DNA from: an uncultured delta proteobacterium
Lineage (GTDB): Bacteria; Desulfobacterota; Binatia; Binatales; Binataceae
Reading direction: 5' to 3'
Assembly: GCA_963842085.1 (NCBI GenBank)
Contig: CAWJET010000002.1
Location: 1,408,001 to 1,472,000 of the forward strand
Length of the DNA stretch: 64,000 bases
In this document: piece after piece, positions 1-8,753 of the stretch
Layout: every line of letters starts with the position of its first letter
How positions within the stretch are numbered: position 1 is the first letter of the stretch
Notes under the pieces: generated by a model
Database searches by the model: none
Told to the model about the DNA's origin: nothing
Seen by the model: the letters and a program-made list of their open reading frames with translations, nothing else
Program-made: the position numbers and the translations under genes

Positions 1-107
1 CATCATCATGTGTGCACCACCCAGTCGAGGCAAGGATTTGTAACGATTCAACCCGCATCACAACCTGGCAATCGTGATTATCTTTATTTTTCAGGAGACT
101 ATCGACA

Positions 108-1151
108 ATGCGTTCATCTCTGAAACTGGTTTCGGATGGCGCCGCACGCGACGGCGGCCGTCCGTTCTCTCATGATTCGATTGACGACCGCCTGTTCGAC
201 GCGTATTCGCGCGCGGTGACGGGGGCGGCCGAGTCCGTCAGTCCGGCGGTGGTGAATATAGAGGTCGCGCATCCGACCGGACCGCGGAGCAATCCGCGGA
301 ATCCGGACGCGTCGGCGGGCAGCGGGTCGGGGTTCTTAGTAGCGCCTGACGGCTACATCATCACCAACAGCCACGTCGTTCACGGCGCGTCACGAATCTC
401 CGTCACACTTTCCGACGGGCGCAAGTCCGAGGCCCAACTAATCGGCGACGATCCCGACACCGACCTGGCCGTGATTCGAATCAGCGGTTCCAACCTGGCC
501 GCCGTGCGGCTCGGCGATTCGCAGGCGATTCGCCTGGGTCAGCTCGCGATCGCGATTGGAAACCCGTACGGCTTCCAATGCACCGTTACCGCGGGCGTGG
601 TCAGTGCGCTTGGACGATCGCTCCGCGCGGGCTCGGGCCGCCTGATCGACAACGTCATCCAGACCGACGCCGCGCTCAATCCCGGCAACTCAGGAGGACC
701 GTTGGTCAACTCGCGCGGCGAGGTTATCGGCGTCAACACCGCGATCATCCTGCCCGCGCAGGGAATCTGCTTCGCGATCGCAATTAACAGCGCCAAGCTC
801 GTCGCCGGTCATCTGATCAAGGACGGCAAAATAAGCCGCGGCTACATCGGCATCGCCGGCCATAACGTCGAGCTGCCGCGCCGCTTCGTGCGCTTCTATC
901 GCCTGCCCGCGGAAACCGCCGTTCGCGTCGCGTCGGTTGAGGCGGGCAGTCCCGCCGCGCTCGGCGGCATCAGGCAAGGCGACCTCGTGGTCCGGCTCGG
1001 CGACTTGCCGATCGCCGGCATCGACGACCTTCAGCGTCATCTCACCATGAGCAAGGTCGGGATGCGCACGCCAGTCGCGGTGATTCGCGGCACCGAGCAG
1101 CTCACGCTCGAGCTCATCCCGGCCGAAGCCGCCCGCAAACCGCGCGCCTAA
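108..1151 (+). CDS. HtrA/DegP-family trypsin-like serine protease with one PDZ domain
   Basis: GSGSGF, ITNSHVV (His), DLAVI (Asp), QTDAALNPGNSGGPL (Ser); C-terminal PDZ (GSPAA..GIRQGD). Confidence 0.93.
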   Translation: MRSSLKLVSDGAARDGGRPFSHDSIDDRLFDAYSRAVTGAAESVSPAVVNIEVAHPTGPRSNPRNPDASAGSGSGFLVAPDGYIITNSHVVHGASRISVTLSDGRKSEAQLIGDDPDTDLAVIRISGSNLAAVRLGDSQAIRLGQLAIAIGNPYGFQCTVTAGVVSALGRSLRAGSGRLIDNVIQTDAALNPGNSGGPLVNSRGEVIGVNTAIILPAQGICFAIAINSAKLVAGHLIKDGKISRGYIGIAGHNVELPRRFVRFYRLPAETAVRVASVEAGSPAALGGIRQGDLVVRLGDLPIAGIDDLQRHLTMSKVGMRTPVAVIRGTEQLTLELIPAEAARKPRA

Positions 1152-1257
1152 GTTCTGTCGCTTGCTCGCACGATGGTTCCGGGCCAATGCGGCATGCTTG
1201 CGCGTCGGTCGGAGCGCGGGTTAGAAGGAAACCCTCTGCTACAAAAGAGGTTCTCCA

Positions 1258-2316
1258 ATGAGCACAAAACAGCGCTACGCGATTCCCGTGGATGCAACCG
1301 AATGGGCCGTGCCCGGCAGCTTCGATACTGTCTTCAAGTGGGAATACCAGGAGGGCAGCGACGCGCTGCGCAAGCTCTACGAGAAGGGCAAGAACCTACA
1401 GTGGAACACCACCACGCGCATCGACTGGTCGCAAGACCTCGATCCTGAAAATCCGCAGGAGCTTCCCGACGAGTCCATATCGATTTTCGGCTCCGACCTG
1501 TGGAACCGCCTCGCGCGCCAGGAGCGCGCCAACCTGCGCCGCCATATGCAAGCGTGGTCGGTTTCGCAATTTTTGCACGGCGAGCAGGGCGCGTTGATCT
1601 GCACCGCAAAAATCGTCCAGCAGGTGCCCAACGTCGACGCCAAGTTCTACGCCGCAACGCAAGTGATGGACGAAGCGCGTCACGTCGAGACCTATTCGCG
1701 CCTGCTTCACGAGAAGTTTGACCTTGCCTATCCGATAACCCCGCCGCTGAAACGTCTGCTCAACGACGTGCTCAGCGACTCGCGATGGGACATGACCTAC
1801 CTCGGGATGCAGGTGCTGATCGAGAGACTCGCGCTCGCCGCGTTTGCCGGTATCCGCGACACCGCGAAAAATTCGCTGGCGGCGGCCGTCAACGCATACG
1901 TGATGCAGGATGAAGCGCGGCACGTCGCCTTCGGACGCCTGGCGTTGCGTGACTACTATCCGCAACTCACCCAGCCCGAGCGCGACCAGCGCGAAGAATT
2001 CGCGGTCGAGGCTTCCTACCTGATGCGCGACCGCTTCCGCTCAGAGGAAGTGTGGGAAACGTTGGGGCTGCCAGTCGAGCGATGCGTCGAGTACGTCGAC
2101 TCATCGCCCGAGATGCGCGAATTCCAGTCGCGGCTCTTCTCGCGAATCGTCCCGACCATCAAGAACATCGGCCTATGGGGCCCAAAGATCCGCCGCGCTT
2201 ACTCGAACATGGGCGTGATGGCCTTCGCCGATCTCGACAGCGAGCAGCTAATGGAGAACGACGAGAAGGTAGCACAGGACTTCGACGAGCGGATGGGCCG
2301 CCGCGCCGACGCATAG
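1258..2316 (+). CDS. Ferritin-like diiron protein (AurF-like N-oxygenase family)
   Basis: HGEQGA plus two DEARH (ExxH) motifs with four-helix-bundle spacing. Confidence 0.85.
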   Translation: MSTKQRYAIPVDATEWAVPGSFDTVFKWEYQEGSDALRKLYEKGKNLQWNTTTRIDWSQDLDPENPQELPDESISIFGSDLWNRLARQERANLRRHMQAWSVSQFLHGEQGALICTAKIVQQVPNVDAKFYAATQVMDEARHVETYSRLLHEKFDLAYPITPPLKRLLNDVLSDSRWDMTYLGMQVLIERLALAAFAGIRDTAKNSLAAAVNAYVMQDEARHVAFGRLALRDYYPQLTQPERDQREEFAVEASYLMRDRFRSEEVWETLGLPVERCVEYVDSSPEMREFQSRLFSRIVPTIKNIGLWGPKIRRAYSNMGVMAFADLDSEQLMENDEKVAQDFDERMGRRADA

Positions 2317-2330
2317 GCATCTCAGCCGTC

Positions 2331-2480
2331 GCCGATCGCCGGCATCGACGACCTGCAGCGTCACCTCACGATGAGCAAGGTCGGGATGCGCACGCCAGTC
2401 GCGGTGATTCGCGGCACCGAGCAGCTCACGCTCGAGCTCATCCCGGCCCAAGCCGCCCCGCAAACCGCGCGACTAAGTTC
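2331..2480 (+). repeat. Direct-repeat copy of the 3' end of the HtrA gene (1007-1155)
   Basis: Hand alignment: about 150 bp, 5 substitutions and a 1-nt insertion relative to 1007-1155. Confidence 0.95.
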
Positions 2481-2533
2481 CGGTTTTGAGCAACAACCCG
2501 TGGTTCTCGGGGGACCTCGGTGGTTGCTTTAGT

Positions 2534-3043
2534 CTAACCGTCAAGGTCGGACTCTTCGACCGGCGCCGGGAGCGGCGCATCACCGCCTAGGTGCAGCCGT
2601 CGGCGGGCGGAAAACATGCCGCCTCGCGCCGGCATCGCTGGTGCGAACTTCATGAACCCCAGCGGATAGGGCAGGTCATCGTATACTGCCTCCATGCCCC
2701 CGCGCATGAAGTAAGTCTCGTGCCAAAAGCCGGTGCCGCCCGAGTCGCGCAGGAAGTTCTTCCACCACTGCTGATGGGGCAGCGTGCGAGCCCATCGCTC
2801 GACCGATTCGAAGTCCCGCCAATACTGCCGCATCCCAGCGTGTGGCGGCAGCAGGGAAAAGAGGAGGTTCTCATGAAGTAGAAGACCGTCTGGCTTCAAA
2901 TCGACCGCTTTCCGGATCATCGGTCCCAATGCCAGCAGGGTTCGCAGGCCGCGCAATGAGTTCACGCGCATCCCCAGGTATATGACTACCAGGTCGGGAT
3001 AGCTGTCCAGCTCAACGGTCTGACGATTCACCAAGGTCTTCAT
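2534..3043 (-). CDS. DUF4188-like (monooxygenase-fold) protein
   Basis: VVIYLGMRVN, RQYWRDFESVERWA, PHQQWW, GTGFWHETY motifs. Confidence 0.8.
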   Translation of the reverse strand: MKTLVNRQTVELDSYPDLVVIYLGMRVNSLRGLRTLLALGPMIRKAVDLKPDGLLLHENLLFSLLPPHAGMRQYWRDFESVERWARTLPHQQWWKNFLRDSGGTGFWHETYFMRGGMEAVYDDLPYPLGFMKFAPAMPARGGMFSARRRLHLGGDAPLPAPVEESDLDG

Positions 3044-3176
3044 AGGACTGCCTTCGGCTTCCGGCGCGAGGCGCGCGCGAAGCGCGGTGACGCCGGGTGA
3101 GGTGCGACTCCCGCCGTCGCAACCACGTCAGCTCGATGCATCAATTCAGACACCGTCGCCCCATCGAGCACGGCGC

Positions 3177-4883
3177 TTATCCCATCGGCCCCTGGTACAC
3201 CTCGGCGAAGCGAAGGCCGAGCTCTCCGGGAATCGCGAGGTTGGCGTCGCGACTGGTCTTCAGGCAGATGACCGCCGGCCCGTCCGCCGACTTCGCGCCC
3301 TTCAACGCCGCTTCCAGGTCTTCAATTCGCTCGACGTAAAACGGTTTGCAGCCCAGGCCTTCGGCGACCTTGTCCCATCGCACCGTCCCCATCTCGGTGC
3401 CGAAAGTCTTTCCCCAGAGCCGCCGCTCGTTGGGCTCCTCCATCGTCCATGAACCTTCGGCGCACACGATGACCCTGACCTTCAGGCCCTCGCGCGCCGC
3501 CGTTTGCATCTCCATGAAGTTGAAGCCTGCGGCTCCGTCGCCGCTCACGCACACCACCTCGCGCGACGGGTTGCCAAGTTTCGCTCCGATGGCGGACGGG
3601 ATTCCGGTGCCGAGCATTCCCAGCTCGAGAATGTTCAGGTACGACCGCGGCTTGGTCGATGGCAAATACCAGAGCGACCACAGCGACGTATTGCCACCGT
3701 CGGCGACGTAGATACCGTCCGCGCCAAACACTTTGCCGATTGCCTGGATCGCGTGCGCCGGATGGATTCCCGGTCCGCGCCACGCCGCCACCGACGCGAA
3801 CCGCTCCTCGCGCCATTTATGAGCGGTGTCCCGATAGCGCGCCATATCCTCGCCGCCTTTGCGCTCGGCGCGCTTTGTCTTGAGCATGCGGAGCAATCCT
3901 TCGAGCGCGCTTTTCGCGTCGGCAACGATCCCAAGCGCGATTGGCCGCGTGACGCCCATGTTGCGCTGATCGATATCCACCTGGATGATCTTCTGCCCGG
4001 CGGGATCGCCCCAGTACTTGTCGTACGGGATGTCGAGGTTGCCCATCCGCGAGCCTGCCACCAGGATCACGTCGGCCTCGCGGCGCGCGAGGTCGGCGCC
4101 GGCGCCGTAGCCGTATAGAAAGTTCGGATGGTCGAGCGGCACCGACGACCGCCCTGCGATCGTGCCCACGACCGGACAGTTGAGCAGGTCGACTATCGCC
4201 AGTAGCGCTTCGTTCGCGCCCGCCCGATCGACTCCTGCGCCCGAGATCACGAGCGGCCGCCGGGCCCCGGCGATCATGACCGCCGCCTCCTCGAGCTGCG
4301 CTTCCGAGGGCCGCGGACCCGCCGCCCGGTATTCATTCGGCGTCAGCACCCGGACCTTGGTGTCGTCACCGGTCGCGTACATCACGGGCGCCGGTATCTC
4401 GATCTGAACCGGCCCCGGCCTCCCCGTCCACATCTCGCGAAACGCTATCCGCATCACTTCGGGGATTCGCTCCCACGACAAAATCGGACCGCTCCACTTG
4501 ACCACCGGCTTGAAGATTTCGAGTTGATCCTGGCCCTGGAAGGTCGACGGCGGCGACGGATAGACGATCGCCATGCGATGCTGCGCCGTAATTACGACGA
4601 CGGGCACGCCCTCGTGCCGCGCCGTAATCACGCCGGGCAGAAGATTCGCCGTCCCCGGCCCGGGATTGCCAAGCACCGCCGCCACCTGCCCGGTCGTCTT
4701 GTACAAGCCCTCCGCCATATGCACGGCGGCAGCCTCGTGACGAACGGGGACGAATCGCACTTCGTACTGCTCGAGCTTGGCCAGCAGCGGGTCGACCTCC
4801 GGACAAGGAATTCCAAACACGAACCGCACTCCCTCGCCAACGAGACATCGAAGAAGAAGCTCGGCTCCGGTAATTTCGCTCAT
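3177..4883 (-). CDS. Thiamine pyrophosphate-binding enzyme (acetolactate synthase-like)
   Basis: VFGIP, RHEAAAVHMAEG, GPG, GDGAAGF TPP motif. Confidence 0.92.
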   Translation of the reverse strand: MSEITGAELLLRCLVGEGVRFVFGIPCPEVDPLLAKLEQYEVRFVPVRHEAAAVHMAEGLYKTTGQVAAVLGNPGPGTANLLPGVITARHEGVPVVVITAQHRMAIVYPSPPSTFQGQDQLEIFKPVVKWSGPILSWERIPEVMRIAFREMWTGRPGPVQIEIPAPVMYATGDDTKVRVLTPNEYRAAGPRPSEAQLEEAAVMIAGARRPLVISGAGVDRAGANEALLAIVDLLNCPVVGTIAGRSSVPLDHPNFLYGYGAGADLARREADVILVAGSRMGNLDIPYDKYWGDPAGQKIIQVDIDQRNMGVTRPIALGIVADAKSALEGLLRMLKTKRAERKGGEDMARYRDTAHKWREERFASVAAWRGPGIHPAHAIQAIGKVFGADGIYVADGGNTSLWSLWYLPSTKPRSYLNILELGMLGTGIPSAIGAKLGNPSREVVCVSGDGAAGFNFMEMQTAAREGLKVRVIVCAEGSWTMEEPNERRLWGKTFGTEMGTVRWDKVAEGLGCKPFYVERIEDLEAALKGAKSADGPAVICLKTSRDANLAIPGELGLRFAEVYQGPMG

Positions 4884-5108
4884 AAAATCCTCCGTTCGGG
4901 CAGGGTCGGTCGGCGATGAAACGATCGAAGCGCAGAGGCAGCGACCCTCTATCCTCTAAAGCGGACACTACGCTCGCAGCCAAACCGAGAGCAACCCGAA
5001 CGGCAGCGGCGATCTCGACTGACCCTCACCGCGTAGGCGATTCTGGTCTGCCCAAGGAGGCGTGAAACCCACGGCGGGTTTAACTGCAACTAAGTTCCTT
5101 TCTCTTCC

Positions 5109-5387
5109 TCAGCGCTGCGGGCCCTTCTTGCGCATTTCTTCGTCGCGGTAGCGCTTGTAGAGGATGGTCCATTCGTTGGAACCCTCGACGATGCCGCGCT
5201 TGATCGAACCGATCTTGCGCCTCACGATCGCGTCGAGCTCGTCGCCCTGCTCGTTGAATTGCGTGACGATTTCGCGCGCCTGGCGCAGCGCGAGCGGAAA
5301 GTTCGCGATCTCGGCCAGGCCCTCGTCGCGCAACTTCGCCAGCGACTCGCGCGCCAAAAAGAGAACTCGTGCTTCGCTAAGTTTCAT
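5109..5387 (-). CDS. DUF507-family protein
   Basis: Small helical protein with GSNEWTILYKRY; tandem with a paralogue. Confidence 0.7.
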   Translation of the reverse strand: MKLSEARVLFLARESLAKLRDEGLAEIANFPLALRQAREIVTQFNEQGDELDAIVRRKIGSIKRGIVEGSNEWTILYKRYRDEEMRKKGPQR

Positions 5388-5393
5388 CTGCGA

Positions 5394-5669
5394 TCAGAGA
5401 GTGAAATTCTTCTTCTCAGCCAGGCGCTGGCGAATCAAATTGCGCAGCCGTGTGACGTCCAGGCGCGGATCGCGGCGCGCCTCCGCCTCCGCCATCTTGT
5501 CGGCCTCTTCATCGATCTGCGCTTCGGTCTCGAAATTCGCCGACATCAGTTCGACCACGCACGCGACCAGTTCCTTCACGTCGGCCTTGGGTTTGATCAA
5601 GCTGCGATCGATCAGCCCATTGACGAGATGGTTCGCCAGCGCATCGATCTGGGCTTCGCGCATTGCCAT
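5394..5669 (-). CDS. DUF507-family protein
   Basis: E..IDEEA..M and IRQRLAEKKNFTL C-terminus typical of the family. Confidence 0.7.
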   Translation of the reverse strand: MAMREAQIDALANHLVNGLIDRSLIKPKADVKELVACVVELMSANFETEAQIDEEADKMAEAEARRDPRLDVTRLRNLIRQRLAEKKNFTL

Positions 5670-5734
5670 ACGATCTCAGATTGACCGGATCGCGCAGGTC
5701 TTGTCAAAAGCAGGCGCGCCGCGTGTCCTGCATC

Positions 5735-6529
5735 TCAGTGCGGCGGCTTTTTGGCGTTCTCTTTTTCCTGCTCCTCTTTGTAGACCTCGTCCATCTTCGG
5801 CTCGAGCGCCTCGTAGAATTCCTTGATATGCGCGACGTTGGCGCCGAGGTCTCCCGGGAAGTAACGCAGTAGCGACGTCGCGCCGGGGCGCGCCAGGCCC
5901 GAGCGCGAGCACACCTCAATGTCGCCGGACGGGTCAACCGTGATCCTCACGTCGTCCTCGAATTTGAAGACGCGTGACGTGTAGAGGCAATCGATCGTGA
6001 AGTCGCCCGGATCGGCTTTGACGATTTTCCATCCACCAAGCGAGTTAATCGTATCCTGCGAGAGTTGGAACAGCTTCTGGCGCGGGATTCCCGGATAGGA
6101 GCGGCGAATCAATTCAGGATAGATGTCTTCGAGCGGCGCCGGCGACGCGTTCGCCACCTCATTGCGAGTCGTGCGGGGTTCGGGGGCGGCTTCTTTTTTA
6201 GCGGCGTGCTTGTGCGCGGTCGCAGCGGGAGTCGGCGCCGCCTCGGGATGATTGCTCATATCGCAGGTCACCGAGCCGGAACCGGTCGAGCTGGCGGCCG
6301 CGGAGTTCATCGTGACGAACCGGGTCACGCGCTGCACGACGCCGGGTTTTTCGAAAATCGTTTCGTCGTTCAGCAGCATCGTGATTCCGGCGGCGGCGAC
6401 CGCCACCGCTGCGAGAAAAATCGCAAGCCGGATGATCAGCCCGAGTAACCGACGCAGAAATGGAACGAAGAACAGGATCGCGAGCACAGCAAGGACGATG
6501 ATGAGTTCGGGCGGCGTGATCATGATCAA
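5735..6529 (-). CDS. Membrane-anchored DUF1499-like protein
   Basis: Two N-terminal hydrophobic helices; FKFEDDVRI, RS, GDLGANVAHI motifs. Confidence 0.65.
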   Translation of the reverse strand: MIMITPPELIIVLAVLAILFFVPFLRRLLGLIIRLAIFLAAVAVAAAGITMLLNDETIFEKPGVVQRVTRFVTMNSAAASSTGSGSVTCDMSNHPEAAPTPAATAHKHAAKKEAAPEPRTTRNEVANASPAPLEDIYPELIRRSYPGIPRQKLFQLSQDTINSLGGWKIVKADPGDFTIDCLYTSRVFKFEDDVRITVDPSGDIEVCSRSGLARPGATSLLRYFPGDLGANVAHIKEFYEALEPKMDEVYKEEQEKENAKKPPH

Positions 6530-6694
6530 TTCCCCGGGGGAATCCCTAGCGGTTTGTGTGGCGTTGGCGCAAGCCGGGCATGCAGAAAGTCCATGGCGAT
6601 GCGGCTATTTGCACTTAAAAGGCGCACCGGCGCGATCCTGATTCGGATCGCGCCGGTATTCTGCGAGCCTTGTAAAATTGTCGATTTTCGTTGC

Positions 6695-8566
6695 TTACGC
6701 CGGAGCCGCGGCGAATCCCTCGCCGCCGTCGCCGCGCAAAATCGCGTCGAAGCGCTTGCCGCCGAGGTAGAAGCGACGCGCCTCGTCATCGGTGACCGCG
6801 GCCCGGCGCACGTCGCGGCGCCGAATCGGCCATATCCCGCCGACCATCGGATGCCGCCCCTGGCGATAGCTGAAGAAATAATAGGTGAACTGACGGAGCA
6901 CCGCGCGGCGCGCTTCCGCGTCGAGTCCGTGACCCGCGCACAGGGTAAACATCGCGTGCAGAAAGCGCGGGATCGTGTAGAAGCCGGTGAACGCGTCGCG
7001 ATATGCGCCGAGCCAGCTTTCCTTGTCCAGCTTGTCGTGCTTGAGCGTCACGTGCTGCGAGTCGAGCTGGTTGAAATCCCAGTCGATAATGGCGCCTTCC
7101 TTGGTGAAGCGCACCTGGTCCTCGGTGCCCGGCAGCGGCGTCATGATGAAGAACGACACGATGTCGAATCCGATCTTCTTGAGCGTCGCCGCCGCTACGC
7201 GTCCGCAATCGGGGCCGTCGAACGGGAATCCCAGCATATAGCCCGCATGCACCGAGACGCCGACCTTGTGCCAGTTCTCCACGACGCGCCGATACTTGTC
7301 GATCACGTGCGCGCGCACCGCTTCCAGCTTGCCCTTGTGCTGGCGGTCGTCGGTGTTCTGGTACTTGGTCGCAAAGTTCAGGTTGTCGGGATTGAGCGAC
7401 TCGATTCCGACGAACGCCTGGTAGCATCCCGCCGCCGCGGCCAGTTCGGTGAAACGCCTGCTGCGCCGATGCTTGGCGGTTTCGGTCTCGCCCTCGGCGA
7501 CGTTCGCGTAGCACGACGCGTCGACGTCCACCTGCATCATGAAGGAGAGCTTGGGATACTCCTTCTTCACTTCGGCCAGGCCGGTGAGAATCTCTTCCCA
7601 TCGCGGCGATCGGAAAAAATCGTCATCGACCAGGAACAGCGATTCGATACCGTGATGCTGGCATGCGTCGCGCACCCAGCTTACGACCGCGTCGGGCTCG
7701 CGCGAGCGCATCGTGCGGCCCATCACGTTTTTCACGCTGCAATACGAGCAGGTGAACGGGCATCCGCGCGATGTGTCCAGCGTGGTCATCGTGTCGTTGA
7801 AAAATCGCGTGAGATAACGATCGTCGAGCACCGGCAGCAGCGACTCGGTGATCAGCGGCACGATGATGTCGTCTTTGCCGGTCTTGGCGCGAATCCCCTG
7901 CGTGACCGAGTAGCTGATGCGCAGTTCGCCGCGCAGAAAGTCCTCGACGATATCGCCCCAGATGTTTTCGGCCTCGCCAACCACGGTCGTCACGCCGCAT
8001 GCGTTGAGGAACTTGCACGAGTCCGGAAAGCCGCTGACGTGGAAGCCGCCCATCATCGTCGGCAGGCCTTCGGCGACGAATTGAAGCGCGAGGTCGCGCC
8101 CGCGCGGATACTGATTCGACTGCACGCCGGCCAGCCCAATCAGCAACTCGACGCCATCTTCACGCGCCTTTTCCTTAATCGCCTTGATGGTCTCGGGGCT
8201 GACTATGCCGTCGCAAATTTCGTCCCAGATCACCGTCTCGAGGCGGACGTTCCGCTCCGCCGCGTACCGTTTGTTGAACGCCTCGTTGAGTGCCGACATC
8301 ACGGTCAACGTGTTGTTCGGCTGGACGCCGTAGCGGAAATACTGAACGAAGCCGTCCTCGTCGTAGCGTGAAGGTTTGATGAAATAGACGCGGATAGTGC
8401 GGCATGGCTCGGGCTTAATCGCCGCGTCAGCGGTCGCGCCCTCGCGCGCGGTCAACTGCAGGGGCGCGGCCGGACGGTCGCCGCCGTAGCGATTGGTCCC
8501 CAACAGCCAGTAGAGGATAGCCGCCGCAAATACGAGAAATGCGCCAAGAGATACGAGCAATACCAT
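6695..8566 (-). CDS. Cobalamin-binding-domain radical SAM protein with N-terminal TM helix
   Basis: SRGCPFTCSYC (CxxxCxxC), MGGFHVSG, VGEAE, DDDF, FVGIES, TPLPGT. Confidence 0.9.
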   Translation of the reverse strand: MVLLVSLGAFLVFAAAILYWLLGTNRYGGDRPAAPLQLTAREGATADAAIKPEPCRTIRVYFIKPSRYDEDGFVQYFRYGVQPNNTLTVMSALNEAFNKRYAAERNVRLETVIWDEICDGIVSPETIKAIKEKAREDGVELLIGLAGVQSNQYPRGRDLALQFVAEGLPTMMGGFHVSGFPDSCKFLNACGVTTVVGEAENIWGDIVEDFLRGELRISYSVTQGIRAKTGKDDIIVPLITESLLPVLDDRYLTRFFNDTMTTLDTSRGCPFTCSYCSVKNVMGRTMRSREPDAVVSWVRDACQHHGIESLFLVDDDFFRSPRWEEILTGLAEVKKEYPKLSFMMQVDVDASCYANVAEGETETAKHRRSRRFTELAAAAGCYQAFVGIESLNPDNLNFATKYQNTDDRQHKGKLEAVRAHVIDKYRRVVENWHKVGVSVHAGYMLGFPFDGPDCGRVAAATLKKIGFDIVSFFIMTPLPGTEDQVRFTKEGAIIDWDFNQLDSQHVTLKHDKLDKESWLGAYRDAFTGFYTIPRFLHAMFTLCAGHGLDAEARRAVLRQFTYYFFSYRQGRHPMVGGIWPIRRRDVRRAAVTDDEARRFYLGGKRFDAILRGDGGEGFAAAPA

Positions 8567-8753
8567 GAATTAAGGTCCTCTGCTTTTGCTTCCTGCCCAG
8601 CCGCCCCCTCCTGCGCATCATACCCGAACGCGGGGCCCGAGGTCTAACCGGTCGGTCAGAGACAGTGTAAACAAATCCCGACCGCGGTTGTCAACAATTC
8701 ATTGAACCACGTTAATCATGCCAAAGTCGAGGATAATTCGGAGAGAAGTGTCG

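Noticed and set aside
1007-2480. HtrA tail duplication as a DGR template/variable repeat pair
   Set aside because: Differences are not adenine-specific and no reverse transcriptase lies in the window.
4884-5108. Intergenic region as a tRNA or riboswitch
   Set aside because: No cloverleaf, T-loop or riboswitch consensus seen by eye; an Rfam scan would be needed.
6554-8371. Long alternative or antisense ORFs (also 8716..10998, 13657..14970, 21799..23592, 24476..25705, 25708..26619, 58864..60156)
   Set aside because: Shadow frames of well-supported genes in GC-rich DNA, with no recognisable motifs.
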